Shown here in pieces: positions 23,580 through 35,853 of a stretch of 64,000 nucleotides of DNA (position 1 is the stretch's first letter; each line of letters opens with the position of its first letter). The notes beneath the pieces were generated by a model. The model worked only from the letters and a program-made list of their open reading frames with translations. It was not told the DNA's origin and ran no database searches. The stretch is from Macrostomum lignano. Its lineage: Eukaryota. The DNA is taken from assembly GCA_002269645.1 (NCBI GenBank), contig NIVC01001503.1, forward strand, positions 1 to 64,000, given 5' to 3'. The position numbers were made by a program, and so were the translations under genes.

Positions 23580-24198
23580 TTAGTTTACCATTTTTTATTC
23601 TAGTTTCAAGTTGTCCAATCCGACATGCCATCTTCGAGTGTAAGCTGCTCAGTGTACTCTGCAACGCCAAGCCACGCTAATTCTCTACTTTGCAATGAAC
23701 TGAAAAGGGCCGACTCTTGAGAGCGGGGTTATCATTTCGATTGAAGTTGCCCGGAGTAGAAGTACGAACTCTCGTTCATGGCTCTTGGTGACCTCCGTTT
23801 GTATTTTCTTCTGTAGCAGAGTGAGCTACAGCATAGTGACTTGTCGCTGGCATATCGCTTTTAAGCAGTTTTTGCTCTATTAGGGGCGTATTGGATTGCC
23901 GAAAGTACTGGGTCGCTTTCAAATCAGATGCAGACAGGTACTCGTATTACTGTACGATAGCTATTGTGCATGCAATTCGATTTTCAATTTTACGCCATCA
24001 ATTAAAATATTACGCACTTGGTTTGGTAGTATCTAAATCAGTAGTAGTTAAAGCGTTTTTACATATATTTTTTTCTCGAAGCTACATGTATAAGGCTTCA
24101 TAATTTGAACTCTTCATTAGCTAAAGTATTAAGCTTGCTTACAGACGCAAAATGAAGCTTGGTACAATAAATTCATAGAGGATGTCTTGGGAGCTGAT

Positions 24199-24335
24199 GT
24201 ATGTTGTTGTGTGTCTAACTCAGCAACCTCAGTGTTCAACAATATGTGGTGTATGTTGTTGTGTGTCTAACTCAGCAACCTCAGTGTTCAACAATATGTG
24301 GTGTATGTTGCTGTGTGTCTAACTCAGCAACCTCA
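24199..24335. repeat. Short tandem repeat, 52 bp unit, ~2.6 copies
   Basis: atgttg(t/c)tgtgtgtctaactcagcaacctca recurs at 24201, 24253 and 24305. Confidence 0.9.
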
Positions 24336-25596
24336 AACAGTTCTGAACAATCTATGGTCCTGCGTCTCAGCAAACTCAAAAGATTTCATAGTGTACTTTT
24401 ACCAAGCTCAGCAATCGCAAGTAGTTCCCGGTGTAAGTTACAGTAACCAAATTCTGTAAAGCTGACCCCTAAAATCCAATAACCAAAAGTTGAACAAAAA
24501 AACGTATATTTTTAGAAACAGGTTGCGCCATTACTCATGGAACTTGCCTGGCGGGCAGCTTCACAAACTGTGTTCTCCCAATTTAGAACAGCAATTTTTT
24601 GTCAGTTCTAAAAATATTACTGACCGAATAGATAGGTAGCTATATATTTTCTGTAGTGTTTTCTGCAAATTGTATATAACCGTTTCATAAATCGACATAC
24701 TTGACAATCTCCAGGCACCCTAGCTGTACAGTGCATGTACATTGAGCTGCATATCAGAGTCGAGAAGCAAGTTATGATAAGTAAATCGAAACAAAATACC
24801 AGCTAGAGTGTAGCGATCTTTCAATTTTTTAAAAGTACCTGCGCAAGTCGTTATCGCGCTCTGTCTTTTATTCAATCTTGCAATGCTTGCAAACTTTGAG
24901 AAATACCTGTGTGTACAGCGAACTGTGGAACATTCTTGCAGTAGCTGAAATTGCAACCGCATTTGTCATTACTTTTACTCGAAATAAGTAACGTGTTTTT
25001 TACGTGTACGAAGCAATGCTATATGTACATAAACTTATGTACGAGATACATTGTATGCGCTGGCCTTACGAAACTATATGCTTATTTACACAAAAATTGA
25101 AAGCAGCGATAGTGACTGGACAGCAGTGAGACTTGATTTGGTCCAGGGTGTGGGTACATAAGTTTCAACGAAAATTTACTAAACAATGGAGCGACACACT
25201 AGTATAAAGTATTTACAAACAGTTTTTAATATTAAAATAGAGGGAGAAAAATCCATTATTGGTCGTTCGATACCATACACAAAATGCATTTCCCTTGAAA
25301 TCACTTTGAGTATTGGCTTGGAAGTCCAGGAAGACAATATTATACAGTATGTTGGTGCAGGTAAAAAAGTTACATAGCGGCACCTTGTCACAGAAAGCAA
25401 CGGCTATACGAGCGTAGAAGGATCGGCACTGCCTCCTAGCCTTTTGTCTTTTAGCTGTCCTGATCAGCACAAAAACTGCATACACTGTATAACATAGAAA
25501 AACACTGTTTGCGGATGGCTCAATGCGGCTAGTCAGGTACAGGACATTAAACTAACTAAAAATCTGTCTTGTCAGGCTGCAGGCGCATCGCCAAAG

Positions 25597-26088
25597 TCAA
25601 TTCTCATTGTCGGCTGCATCGGGGGCTGCGCCGGACATCCGCCTGAGACTGTTAACAATTGAGTGGAGCCAGGAGGACTCTCGAACGATGGTGAAATCTG
25701 CGCTGCTTCGTCGCCTGGCGCTCTGGGCCAGGTTGGTCTGTGGGTGAGGAGAGTCGGGCAAACCTTGAAATATGAGCTTCCTGGTCAGCTTCATCTATGC
25801 TTATTTTTCGTCTTGCCAAACTTATCAATCGGTTCGAAATTCACCTTTTGAATTGGAGTCTTCATCTCGTAGTAGTCGTCGCCGAACTGCTTGAGCATAG
25901 TTCCAATCGATCTGTTATGGTTGAGCATCTCAAGCGTAGGCACGGATTGACTGCGCGGCCGGTGATGCTGATTCCACAGATTTTCAACCTGGACTGCCAG
26001 CGGTCGGTAGCCCCGCCTGATCGCTAGTGGTGGCCTCGACAGCTGCAGAGCCTGCCGCTGCTGCTGCTGCTGCTGCTGTTGCTGCTGT

Positions 26089-26123
<35 letters not shown>

Positions 26124-26627
26124 CTCCTCGTTTACTGCACATTTGAAAAAAGTGAGCACTTTTGAAGTTATGACACTTACAGTTACAGTTACAGTTCGTT
26201 TGACAAAAGGGGTTGTAGCCTAGTAGTCAGAGTGTCAGACTCAAGACTGAAAGGTTGGGGATTCGATTCTCGACCTTACTCGGAACAATTCGGAACAACA
26301 CTTAGCCCCAGTCCATGGACTGAACAGTCGTACGCAGCCTTCAGATGCGCCGCGCAATAGCTGCGGCTGAGCTGTCGGTTGCACTTCTGGCCCGATTGGG
26401 GCAGGAGTAGACAGTCAATTATTGCAAGCATTATTATTTTATTACTGACATAAAAACTATGCAGCAAATTTTGTTACCAGAGCACTGTGTCTTGGATTAT
26501 TCGGTGCAGCTATTTATATCTTCTAAACAGAATTTCTGTAGCAAAAATCACAGACCAGTAGTTAGGTCAAGCTTCAAAAATATACCTGGTATCGACAGAA
26601 CTCACCTTTACTCCGAAGCGTCACCAT
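25597..26627 (-). CDS. Small uncharacterised polyQ protein (~170 aa), 3 predicted exons
   Basis: Exons 26627-26606 (MVTLRSK, donor GTGAGT), 26134-25845 (polyQ...KTPIQK, donor GTGAAT) and 25794-25597 join in phase with GT-AG. The second intron is 50 bp. Confidence 0.6.
26209..26425 (+). mobile_element. SINE copy with the CORE segment deleted
   Basis: The head ggggttgtagcctagtagtcagag and the 3' half are present. The central segment is replaced by a short duplication of tcggaacaa. Confidence 0.8.
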
Positions 26628-27609
26628 GCTTTCCAAGTCTGACTCGACGTAAAACCTGGCCGCGTGGGTCTCTGGGTTCTCACTTTTGCCTGACATTTTC
26701 TCTTGCTCAATTTTACTCTAAGCTGGATTTTAATGTCACTAAGTGAAATAAAATTTATGGTGGGTTGCAAAATTTGCAAGCTAATTAGTCGCTAGTTGTT
26801 TCAATACAACAGTCGAACTGAGCTCTGCTATCTCATGCAGATCAGCCAGCTTTATAGTGTTGCAGACTCGAGTCAGATAAGTTTGCCACGCATGCACAGG
26901 GCCTATTATTGGCACTGACGCACTATTAACGCTACTTTGAAACCATGCATGCACCCAGCATGCAACCCCTTTTCTCGGACTCCTTTTCCTGCTACTTGAG
27001 CCAATGGAGTTGGTCGGGAAAGACAGCACGTGAGGGAAACGATATTTGGCAGTGAATAATAATAGCCTTGCATATTAGCTATATTTATTTTAACACCTTA
27101 GTAGAAAACAAATTGTACATTGCATCATCTCTTCGGCTAAAATAAACTGCACTGGGTCAATCCGCTTCCTTTTTCCTGTTATCTTATTTGCTCACATGAT
27201 CTCCCTTTGAGTTTCATGTTCTGAAATCGGGGCCCTTGTAGTGACATCATTTGCCCACCAAATATCGAACCATTTTAACCAGTTCAAACCAGCTGAGCTG
27301 AAAATCGACGTAAGTTATTTGGAGTTATTAGTTGAAACATTTTAAACAGGGATGCCAATCAAAAAGGGGAGGCCCCGTACCAGGTCGCTTTTTTGGGAGA
27401 GGAATTACATCAGGACCCCCTTACAGACAATTTGATCTTATACTTAAAACGGCGTTTCCCTTATTCGACGAGAAACGTCGAATAATCTGCCACGTTCATC
27501 TGCCACGGCGATCTGTTCCCCAATACTAGCCAGGTCCGCAGAGTCCCAGCGGACTGTCCTCCGTTCGATAATTTGGAGCCCTTTTACCCGATCAACGGCT
27601 TTGGTTTCA

Positions 27610-27935
27610 GGTGGTAGTCAAGACTGTCCTGCTGTACAACTCCGCGGGGCGATACACTTTGACTGACGCATTCAAACAAAGACTCGTAAGACAACGACGA
27701 GTGAGTCACCATAGCGCGCTACTCATTCGCCGCACTGACTTGGCCTAGCTACGACTCCAGTTGGCAGGCCACATCATCCGCGCCAGGTCGTACTGTGACG
27801 CTACGGATTCTGGTAGGGGACGCTGGTTTTCACACCTGCCATTTGTGTCCTTGGAGTTTATAGGAAAGTTTATTGCCCATTAATAAAGACTATAATTCGT
27901 CCGACAGTTTCGGTTTAAAAAAAAATTGAAAAGAA
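27610..27935 (+). mobile_element. 3' fragment of an RTE-like non-LTR retrotransposon (decayed)
   Basis: Translation VKTVLLYNSAGRYTLTDAFKQRL...*LRLQLAGHIIR resembles the post-RT region of RTE LINEs (xVLLY..xWTL; RLxxAGHxxR). It is followed by aataaa and a short A run. Confidence 0.5.
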
Positions 27936-28036
27936 CTAAAATGAAATTTATTTTTGAAAATGCTCTGGTTTTTTAGAAAAAGAAAATACTCATTTCCTGT
28001 TATTAAGAAATTCAAACACGCAGGATAAGACGCATT

Positions 28037-29263
28037 TCAGGTGGTGGACAACACTGACATAGGTCGTCGGCTGGATCCTTCTGGAGCGTCCTGCTGAAGT
28101 GATGACAAGTCCACAATTCTATACGGGATCTTCGCTAACTCCAGCATGGGATCCTTTGGATAGTGCGCAAACTGGGCCGGTGGCGGAATTGGCTGCTCGA
28201 AGCCCTCCAGCTTGGTGTAACCTTTCGTCATGGTTTCGCGCCACTTCCTCCAGGGAACGATGATGTCCTCCGGCTCCTTCTTCAGAATCAGAGGATTGGA
28301 CTTGTCGGCCGGGTAGAATATCAATGATTGGCAGGCGTTGCAGTTAGGCGGTACTAATGCCGATGTCGGTATATCGTCAATCGTTTCGAGCACCGACGGT
28401 CGCTCCTCCTGTTTGTCGTCGATGTGGATGCAACGACTGCCCAGTGGTTGGCTGCAGTCGAACTTTAAATCGATGTTGTAGCGCCACTGCATAGAGCTGA
28501 GAACGTACACTTTGTCCAACTGTGGCCGGAACTGTGAGTAACGCGTATAGTAGCCGTCCTTGGGATTCTTGTCGCCGCGTTCGATGGCCAGCAGCCAGAC
28601 CTTGAAGCTCTGACGCCTGGACACCTCGGTCAGCGGGAAAATTTGACCGCCAGATTCGACTCCCCAGTGCATTGTCGGGTAAAAGTAGTCGGAAAATTTC
28701 AGCTCCGTGAACTGACGCTTTGTCACCTGACCGGCTTTTATGTCGATCATTGACTGTCGATGCGAGTAGAACGGCCACTGAGATCCGTTGCTGTCATTAA
28801 CCATCGTGTGCAGGCCGGATTTCAATGGTTGAAACTCCCAGCTGTAGTGACCACCCCTGTCGAATTTGTTCACCAAGGTGATATCGTCACACGCCTGCGC
28901 CAAGCCGATGGTCCAGTCGTGTCCTGCGATTGCATTGTCGAATGAGATTCCAACGCGACATTTAAAGTGCTCGCCGCGCCACTGCATCAGATGTCGCTTC
29001 TCCGATATGCGCGTCAGCTCACCGTCCTGCGGTCCACAATAGTATGGCTTGACGTAATGGACATTGATGTGCTGGTCTGGCTGGAAGCGGGGCGTCAGAC
29101 TGGTTGTCCCGGAGTTCGCGTGGCTCTCACGCATTTGAAGCACGTCATCGTCTAATTCCTGGTTGTCTAGGACATCTTTGGTGATGCGGCAGTCCTCCTT
29201 GTCATCCCATTCCTCAGGAGGCACGTGTCCGTTGCGATTGTGCAGTTCATTCTCTCCCATCAT
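28037..29263 (-). CDS. FAM78: FAM78-family protein, single exon
   Basis: 408-aa ORF with WTIGLAQAC, SWEF, VNDSNGSQWPFY, DYFYPTMHW, RQSFKVWLLA and PTSALVPPNCNACQSL, paralleling the FAM78A/B motifs as recalled. Confidence 0.8.
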   Translation of the reverse strand: MMGENELHNRNGHVPPEEWDDKEDCRITKDVLDNQELDDDVLQMRESHANSGTTSLTPRFQPDQHINVHYVKPYYCGPQDGELTRISEKRHLMQWRGEHFKCRVGISFDNAIAGHDWTIGLAQACDDITLVNKFDRGGHYSWEFQPLKSGLHTMVNDSNGSQWPFYSHRQSMIDIKAGQVTKRQFTELKFSDYFYPTMHWGVESGGQIFPLTEVSRRQSFKVWLLAIERGDKNPKDGYYTRYSQFRPQLDKVYVLSSMQWRYNIDLKFDCSQPLGSRCIHIDDKQEERPSVLETIDDIPTSALVPPNCNACQSLIFYPADKSNPLILKKEPEDIIVPWRKWRETMTKGYTKLEGFEQPIPPPAQFAHYPKDPMLELAKIPYRIVDLSSLQQDAPEGSSRRPMSVLSTT

Positions 29264-29984
29264 CAATGGTTTGGAGCAACGTCAAGTTGGAATAAATTTT
29301 CCAGTGTATATATTAACACCACCTCAGATTCAATACGGTATTCACCCCAAGAAGAAGATGATAAGATTTGGGAGCTCTATCAGTTTATTTACCTACCATA
29401 GACTATGCACTATGCGCTATATGCGCTGGGCACTGATAAATTTCAACTCAAATTTTCATTCATATAGCGGTTTCAACTTTGAACCAGATGTTTTTTTAGA
29501 ATCATGCTGATGGTATGATAATGCATCGGTAATCAGCTTGAATTGTATAACTATTTCTCTTTTTACTAGTAGCTACGAGATACTCGTATATTTCATCTAT
29601 GTGCAACCCGATGAAATTATACACAGCAAAATGCTCGTTATAGATTGTACACTTACATTACATTTATTGATCAGGGGGAGTAGAGTAAATGAAACACGGA
29701 TATTGTGTTTCGGCTACAAATAGTTTCGCATGCAGTCAAAATAATTTTATAACGTATAAAGACGGTGATGCGCAAACGTGGCGCGCAAACTGGCCAAGTT
29801 TGCGATTTGTATATTTGAGCTGGTTCTATTTCTATATCGAAGAAAATGCGACGACGTACATAAATTATGGACCGAGTGCAAACCAAAATGTGCATTTATG
29901 CTACATATAGGTGAATAAAACTCATTCAGAGAAAATAAATTATGTTATTGCAAGGCAACTCACCAACTTTACGCTATTATTAAT

Positions 29985-31295
29985 TGTGGGTTGGTCAAAA
30001 TGTTCTGCAACCCACTCTTCTGTAGCCGTTTTGGCGTAACCAAATAATCTGAAATGCTTCACACCGAAGGCTTACTTTGCTGTTTACTTGTTTCGTGTAA
30101 GGAATTTCGTTCAAATTCATGAATTAGTTTCAGTTACGACTGGACTCCGACCATATCCTGCTTTCAACTTCTGCATGGAACCTTCAAAAGACAACATTCG
30201 CTTTTAATGTTTTGTTGTGCAGTAAATTTATATGCGCATGCAGCTGGATCGAAGATCTGTGGTTTACTGCAGCTGCACCCGCGTCTTTGGACACCGTTGC
30301 GCGCCAATTTGCCAATTTTCTAACTCGATTGTTTGAGCGTCCAAAACGAGAGCCGGTCTCGGTGAAGGACATCCGTGACCGACGGGTCAGTGGCCCTCGC
30401 AGAAGCCACTGTGCGCAAGGATCGAAGCGTAAAGCAAAGATTCCTTGCATACGAGCTCGGTACGTGCGAGCTATGGTAGCGCTCACAACATCATGCAAGA
30501 GGATGCAGCTTAGCTGCACCAAGACCTGCACATGTTGGATGGCCGCGCATCTGCTCCCAGCGGAGCAGCGAGCTGAGCCTGTGCCGCGCATCTGCGACTG
30601 TGGCTGCAGATGTTCGAACCCCAACGGCCGCAGAAGGCTGTCTGACGTCGTGACAGGCGACGAATGTAGAACTTCTTCACGATGGAGTGTAAGCAGTCCA
30701 ACATGGTCTGTCTGATCGAAGATGGGCCTATAAGGCCTGAGGTCGTGAAGAGCGGTTTCAGAAACAGGAAGAGGATGTTCACAATTTGATTCCCTCAACT
30801 CCTAAGTGTGGTGCATCACGGTGGACATCCTTCAAGGGCAGCACTGTGACTACCAAGCATTAACCGAAATAATGCTATACATGTATGCTGCCGGTTGTGC
30901 TGCAAGAGCGGCGGGTGCTGCTGCACCACGACAATTCGGCATTGCACACTGCTACTGCAACTCAGGCATTTCTGGAGCAGCAGGTGGTTCAGCTGCTGCC
31001 CCACTCACCTTACTCACCAGAACTCGCACTCTGCGACTTCTGGATGCTTTCGAAGCTGCGGTCAGTAATTTCTGGGAGGCCATGACAGGGAGACACCTGG
31101 CTCGAACGGTCAAGCAGAACTTAAGAGGACGCCCACATCAAAAGTACCTCAGTTGCTTCCAGGCGGGATGGATACCAATGCAGCGATGCATGTATATAGA
31201 AACTGAGGAGAATTCGGAGGAATTTGTGCACCACTTTTTTCCTGGACATTTTAATAAAGCCAGTTGCAGAACTTTTTGATCTGCATTCCTCCTAC
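29985..31295 (+). mobile_element. Decayed mariner element (frameshifted transposase)
   Basis: Fragments LSCTKTCTCWMAAHLL (WVPHxL-like) and VLLHHDNSALHT...PHSPYSPELALCDFW. Inverted end cores gtcaaaatgttctgcaac (29994-30011) and gttgcagaactttttgat (31263-31280) match at 16/18. Length is ~1.3 kb. Confidence 0.8.
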
Positions 31296-32169
31296 TCGTT
31301 AGCTTACTCCATTCGACTTATATGTACCTGACTTAGCTGCAGGAGTCCGATGCGCTTGGAATCTCACCCGGCCACTGGTTGATCCTGGTTGATCCAATAG
31401 TAGTCGTGAAAAGAGATGCTGGGAGTTGGTTGGGGGCCAGCTACATGTACATGTATTACCCAACTACATGTAATTACGCGATAGACTGCCAAGAGATGAC
31501 ACACAACCCTATTTGACATTTTCATTTTAGAGACACCTTATTATTATAACGCACAGGTATGCATTTCGGGATAAGAATTAATACCTAGGGAGAACTAGGG
31601 ATCTCAACGATATTTAAGTTGTCCTTTTTAGTGCCCGGATGTGCTGCCGTCAGTTCAACAAACCGCATGTCCTAGGGGTGCTTTGAACACTTTTGGGAAC
31701 GATCGTATACCCCTTTGGGTGGACTTGTGTGTCAGCGTGGGAAAAGGTTCTCCAGAACACCTGCACCAAAAAGATGACATAAGTTATTAAAAATTCGAGT
31801 GAAAATATATTTATTATGAAACAATTAATAAAATTTCACTCGAAAAATTGAAAAACTATTCATATAGCCTGTCTATAGAGTTATAAATCTTTATAGTTCC
31901 GGTTTTAATGCAAAAACGATTTGAGATCAACTCGTTTAATTTTGGTTGGACAGGTTTTATAAAATTTCTGCGCGGCCGCCGCGGCCTGTACGAGTGACAA
32001 TAGACGAATGAAGGAATTACAACTTCCACGAAAAGTAAAATGGATATTCGAAAAAAATATTGTTAGTCGCTATAATTAGATACTGTCCGCCGTCACTTAG
32101 GCCCCTATGTTTTAATAAAGTATTAGACCATGGCTGGCTATAGTATAAGGTAAAGCTCACGTCTGTCGT

Positions 32170-35100
32170 CTAGGCTACCAGTCTAACAGTCTTGGAGTTA
32201 GCCCCTAGTTGTGCCCATAGCTAGTAGGCCCAGAGCTTAGTTATCTTATCAGTATCTTGGTTTGAAGATAAGATTTTAATCTGCATGTTCTTTATATAAA
32301 CATTGAATCATATAGATAAGATAGGGACCATTCTTATTAATTACATAAGAGGCGGCATAGGCCCTAGAAATAGTAAAAGAGATCAAACATTTGATACATG
32401 AGTTTTATTATTAGAGGTCATGCTAATAAAATGCTTCGAATTATATTTGTTTATTGATTTAGATTGTATTAGGCCAAGGCTTATAAGTATATATAGGCAG
32501 GCCTAGGCCCTAGGCCTAACTTATGATATAAGCTAAGTTTTATATCAAATAAAAAATATAGATCAAAATCTAGTCTAGTGTAAGCCTAGGGCTGTTCCAT
32601 AGTCCAGATCATGCTGGGTGCATGCCCATTCTCTAAAATATGCTGATATTGCGACAATAAATGACCTTTTTTATATTGCATAATAGAACCAACCTTATTA
32701 GCAGATAATTTGGTTGATTTTTGTGCTTTTTTTCCACAATACTATTTATAACATGAAATTGATACATGCAAAGATTTGTTTAAATGCTTTTTACAAGCTT
32801 AAAAACTATAAAGCTAGAAATTTAGGCCTATGCTTAAAATTAACTTTTTTCATTTTTTCTACTTCATAATAACTCTTACACATGATTCTATAAAGTGCAT
32901 ACTAGGTGTGTATGCATACTTTTTTCTTAGGAATGATGCATGCCCAAATTTTTGGGTGTATACTACATGATCCAGGGTGTTGGGACTGCTTAGCTAAAGT
33001 AAGATAAAAAGGTAGATGTAGGTGGTAGGCCTATATAGACCCTATCTATTACTATTTAGTATTGCCCCATCTTGATTGAGTTGCTTTTTCACCTTAATTT
33101 GTGCACTAATCAAAGTCATTTGCTATCTAATAATGTCAATTATAATTTCAAGAAAATTAATATAGGCTCTAGAACTTTTATATAGTGTTTAAAATTAAAT
33201 ATTCTTATATAAATTTTATTGCTGAAGTTAAAAGACTTGATACCTATTTTAGATTTATTAGCAATTTCTCTTATAATAGAATAGACTAGAGTAACCAAAT
33301 TTCTAGTTTAGTTATATATATATATATTATATATATATAACATATTATAAAAGCTTTAGGATTGATTTTACTAAATTTGATTAATAACAAAATTATATAA
33401 GTACTACTAAACTACTTTGGATCATAGTATATACCCAAAAATATAGGTGTACATTGGTCTTAGACATCAAAAGTTTGGAGTGCATATCTGGCATGCACTC
33501 AATGCAATAATGTGAAAGAGTTTATATTAAGTGAAAAATTTCATAAATTCATTTTAAGCATAATTTCAAGCTTTTAAAACTTTTTTTGATATGCATCACA
33601 TTTATTTGTAATTTGTAATTTTTGTTTTGGCATACACCTAGCATGATCTGAATTATAGTATTAGTAGTATAGCTAAGTATCTAGCTAAGATTAATATTTT
33701 AGTCATTATCTAAAGCTTATATTACCTAGTTTTATCTGGAATATAGCTATTTTGTCTATTGTCAGTTTGTAATGTTTGTTTGCTAGTAGATAACTGACAG
33801 TTCAATAATAGTGGTACTTATATTAATAATACCACTGGTAGCATTAACTACTTAATTTGGGAAATTTGCAATAGGTTTTATCCTATTCATTATGAATTTT
33901 ATAAATAAACTAAATATATATCAAAGTAAATACATAGTATACTAAAACAAAAAACAAAAGTTCTTTTTGTTTTAGTAAATCTTGTGATTAAAAAAAATTT
34001 TTTTATATTGTATTGACTATTTGTAGGTTTCTAAAGTATAATCAAGACTATAGACTTTATTCATATGGTAGTAAAACTATTATATAAGAAGCTTGTAGCC
34101 TAAAGAAAGGTATTATTATTGCATATGACAAAGTACTTTTCATAGTCTATAGTCTTTTAAGTTATTTTATTTGCATTAGCAAGAAAAAATGGCTTAAGCT
34201 CCTACCACAGTATATTTAAAATACTTTAAATGTTTAATAGGTTTTATTTCTCAAGGTCAAATCTTATGACAAACATTTTAGCTGGAGCCTATTAATTTCC
34301 TAGTGAATTGGTACAAAACTATACTCATTATTAGTAGAGGCTGGAAAATATCACATTTTTTAGATTTTTAAGACTTAAGAGCTATGCTTTTGAGATAATC
34401 AAGATTCAATAAAGTTTGACATTAAGCCTTATTAGCATCTAGTAAGCCTATTTACACTAGTTTATCTATTAGTGCTAATATTGTTATTTGTTATGTACAA
34501 AAATAATAATAGAAAGAAAAACAATTATTATATAATATTAAGCTTGTTAGTAACTTGATGTATATCCAATATAAATCTGATAATATCATAGTTACCAATT
34601 ATCACATAGTCATAAATCTTGACTTTTTTGATATCTCAAAAACAAGATCAAGATAGAGAAAAGTGCCAAAATCTTGATGATCAAGATAGAGATTGAGATA
34701 TTGTCTAATTGCAACTCATTAGATAGATCACATTCTTTTCTTTAAAATGACATCTTATTTGTACAAATTGCTCTTTTAGTTTTGTTTAGGCTGGCTGTTT
34801 TTCCTAATGCTTGGCAATGAAACTAGATATTTTGATTAAGTTTAGAGCTAATATATCTTGATAAAACAATTATACTCAAAGCATACTTTATGAAAAAAAA
34901 CTTAAAGACTTTGAAATACCTTAATAAAAGCAAAATAATTTTAAAAAATTAAATATATTTAATTTTATTCTATTTGATATCTGGTAATAAGTTTATTATT
35001 TATAGTATAGGTTTTGTAATTTTCTTACCTTAACTAAATTGTTTTTCCCTTTTTGATCTAATTCCCTATTAGAATATTTAACTAAAGGTTAGACAAAAAG

Positions 35101-35853
35101 AAATCATATAATAATTTTTAAGTCAAGATTTATCAAGACAAATGTTTGCATAAAAAATAGAACTTTATAATTATAATATTATAAACATTAATCTTATCTA
35201 TCTACTAGTCAGATGTGCAATCAGCAGTTTAGCCATAGCTAATGCATAATATATCTAAAGGCTGCATATGGCTGTTCAGTCCAAGGACGGGGAGGGGGGG
35301 TTGCCACACACTATCAATTACCCCAGCTAATGCTGGAATCCATTTTATAGCTAGGTAAACTGAAGCAATGCAGAGCTAGGTGTTTTGCTCAAGGACACAA
35401 ATTGTTCCAGTGGGATCAGAAATCGAACCCTAACCTTCAAGTTGTGAGTCCAATGCTCTAACCAATAGGCTACAATCTATTTATTTACATTTTAATAACT
35501 AAAAAAATCGCAGCTATGACTACAGAAATCTTTGAGAAAAGCCATAGCCATAACAACAGTTGTTTTCCACAGGCATATTCATAGCTCCTAGTTGCCATAG
35601 TCATAATTTTAGTGAAATTTAAATTTTATATTTCTATGAGTACAATATTCAATCTATGTACTTGAGAATTTATATTTTGTCTGTAGGTATTTCCTAAGTA
35701 TTCTGTTCATATTCTAAACTTCCTACCTTGCTGCTGATTTATTATTTAAGCTATATTTTTAACCTCACTGCTATGCCAATTATGGATTGGTTTAATCCTG
35801 TCTCTTTGTCAACCATTCTCATATGTTTGTTTCTAACACCTGCTACCTTTAAT
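32170..35853. other. AT-rich, essentially CpG-free domain between divergent FAM78 and hnRNP K
   Basis: No CpG seen by eye in ~32655-35286, and only a handful elsewhere. It contains eroded inverted repeats and an eroded SINE. Confidence 0.8.
35205..35478 (-). mobile_element. CORE-type SINE copy, transition-eroded
   Basis: It aligns to the other copies with changes such as gcgtacgg>gcatatgg, tacagctgggtgaa>tatagctaggtaaa and ccgacgct>ccaatgct. Confidence 0.85.
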
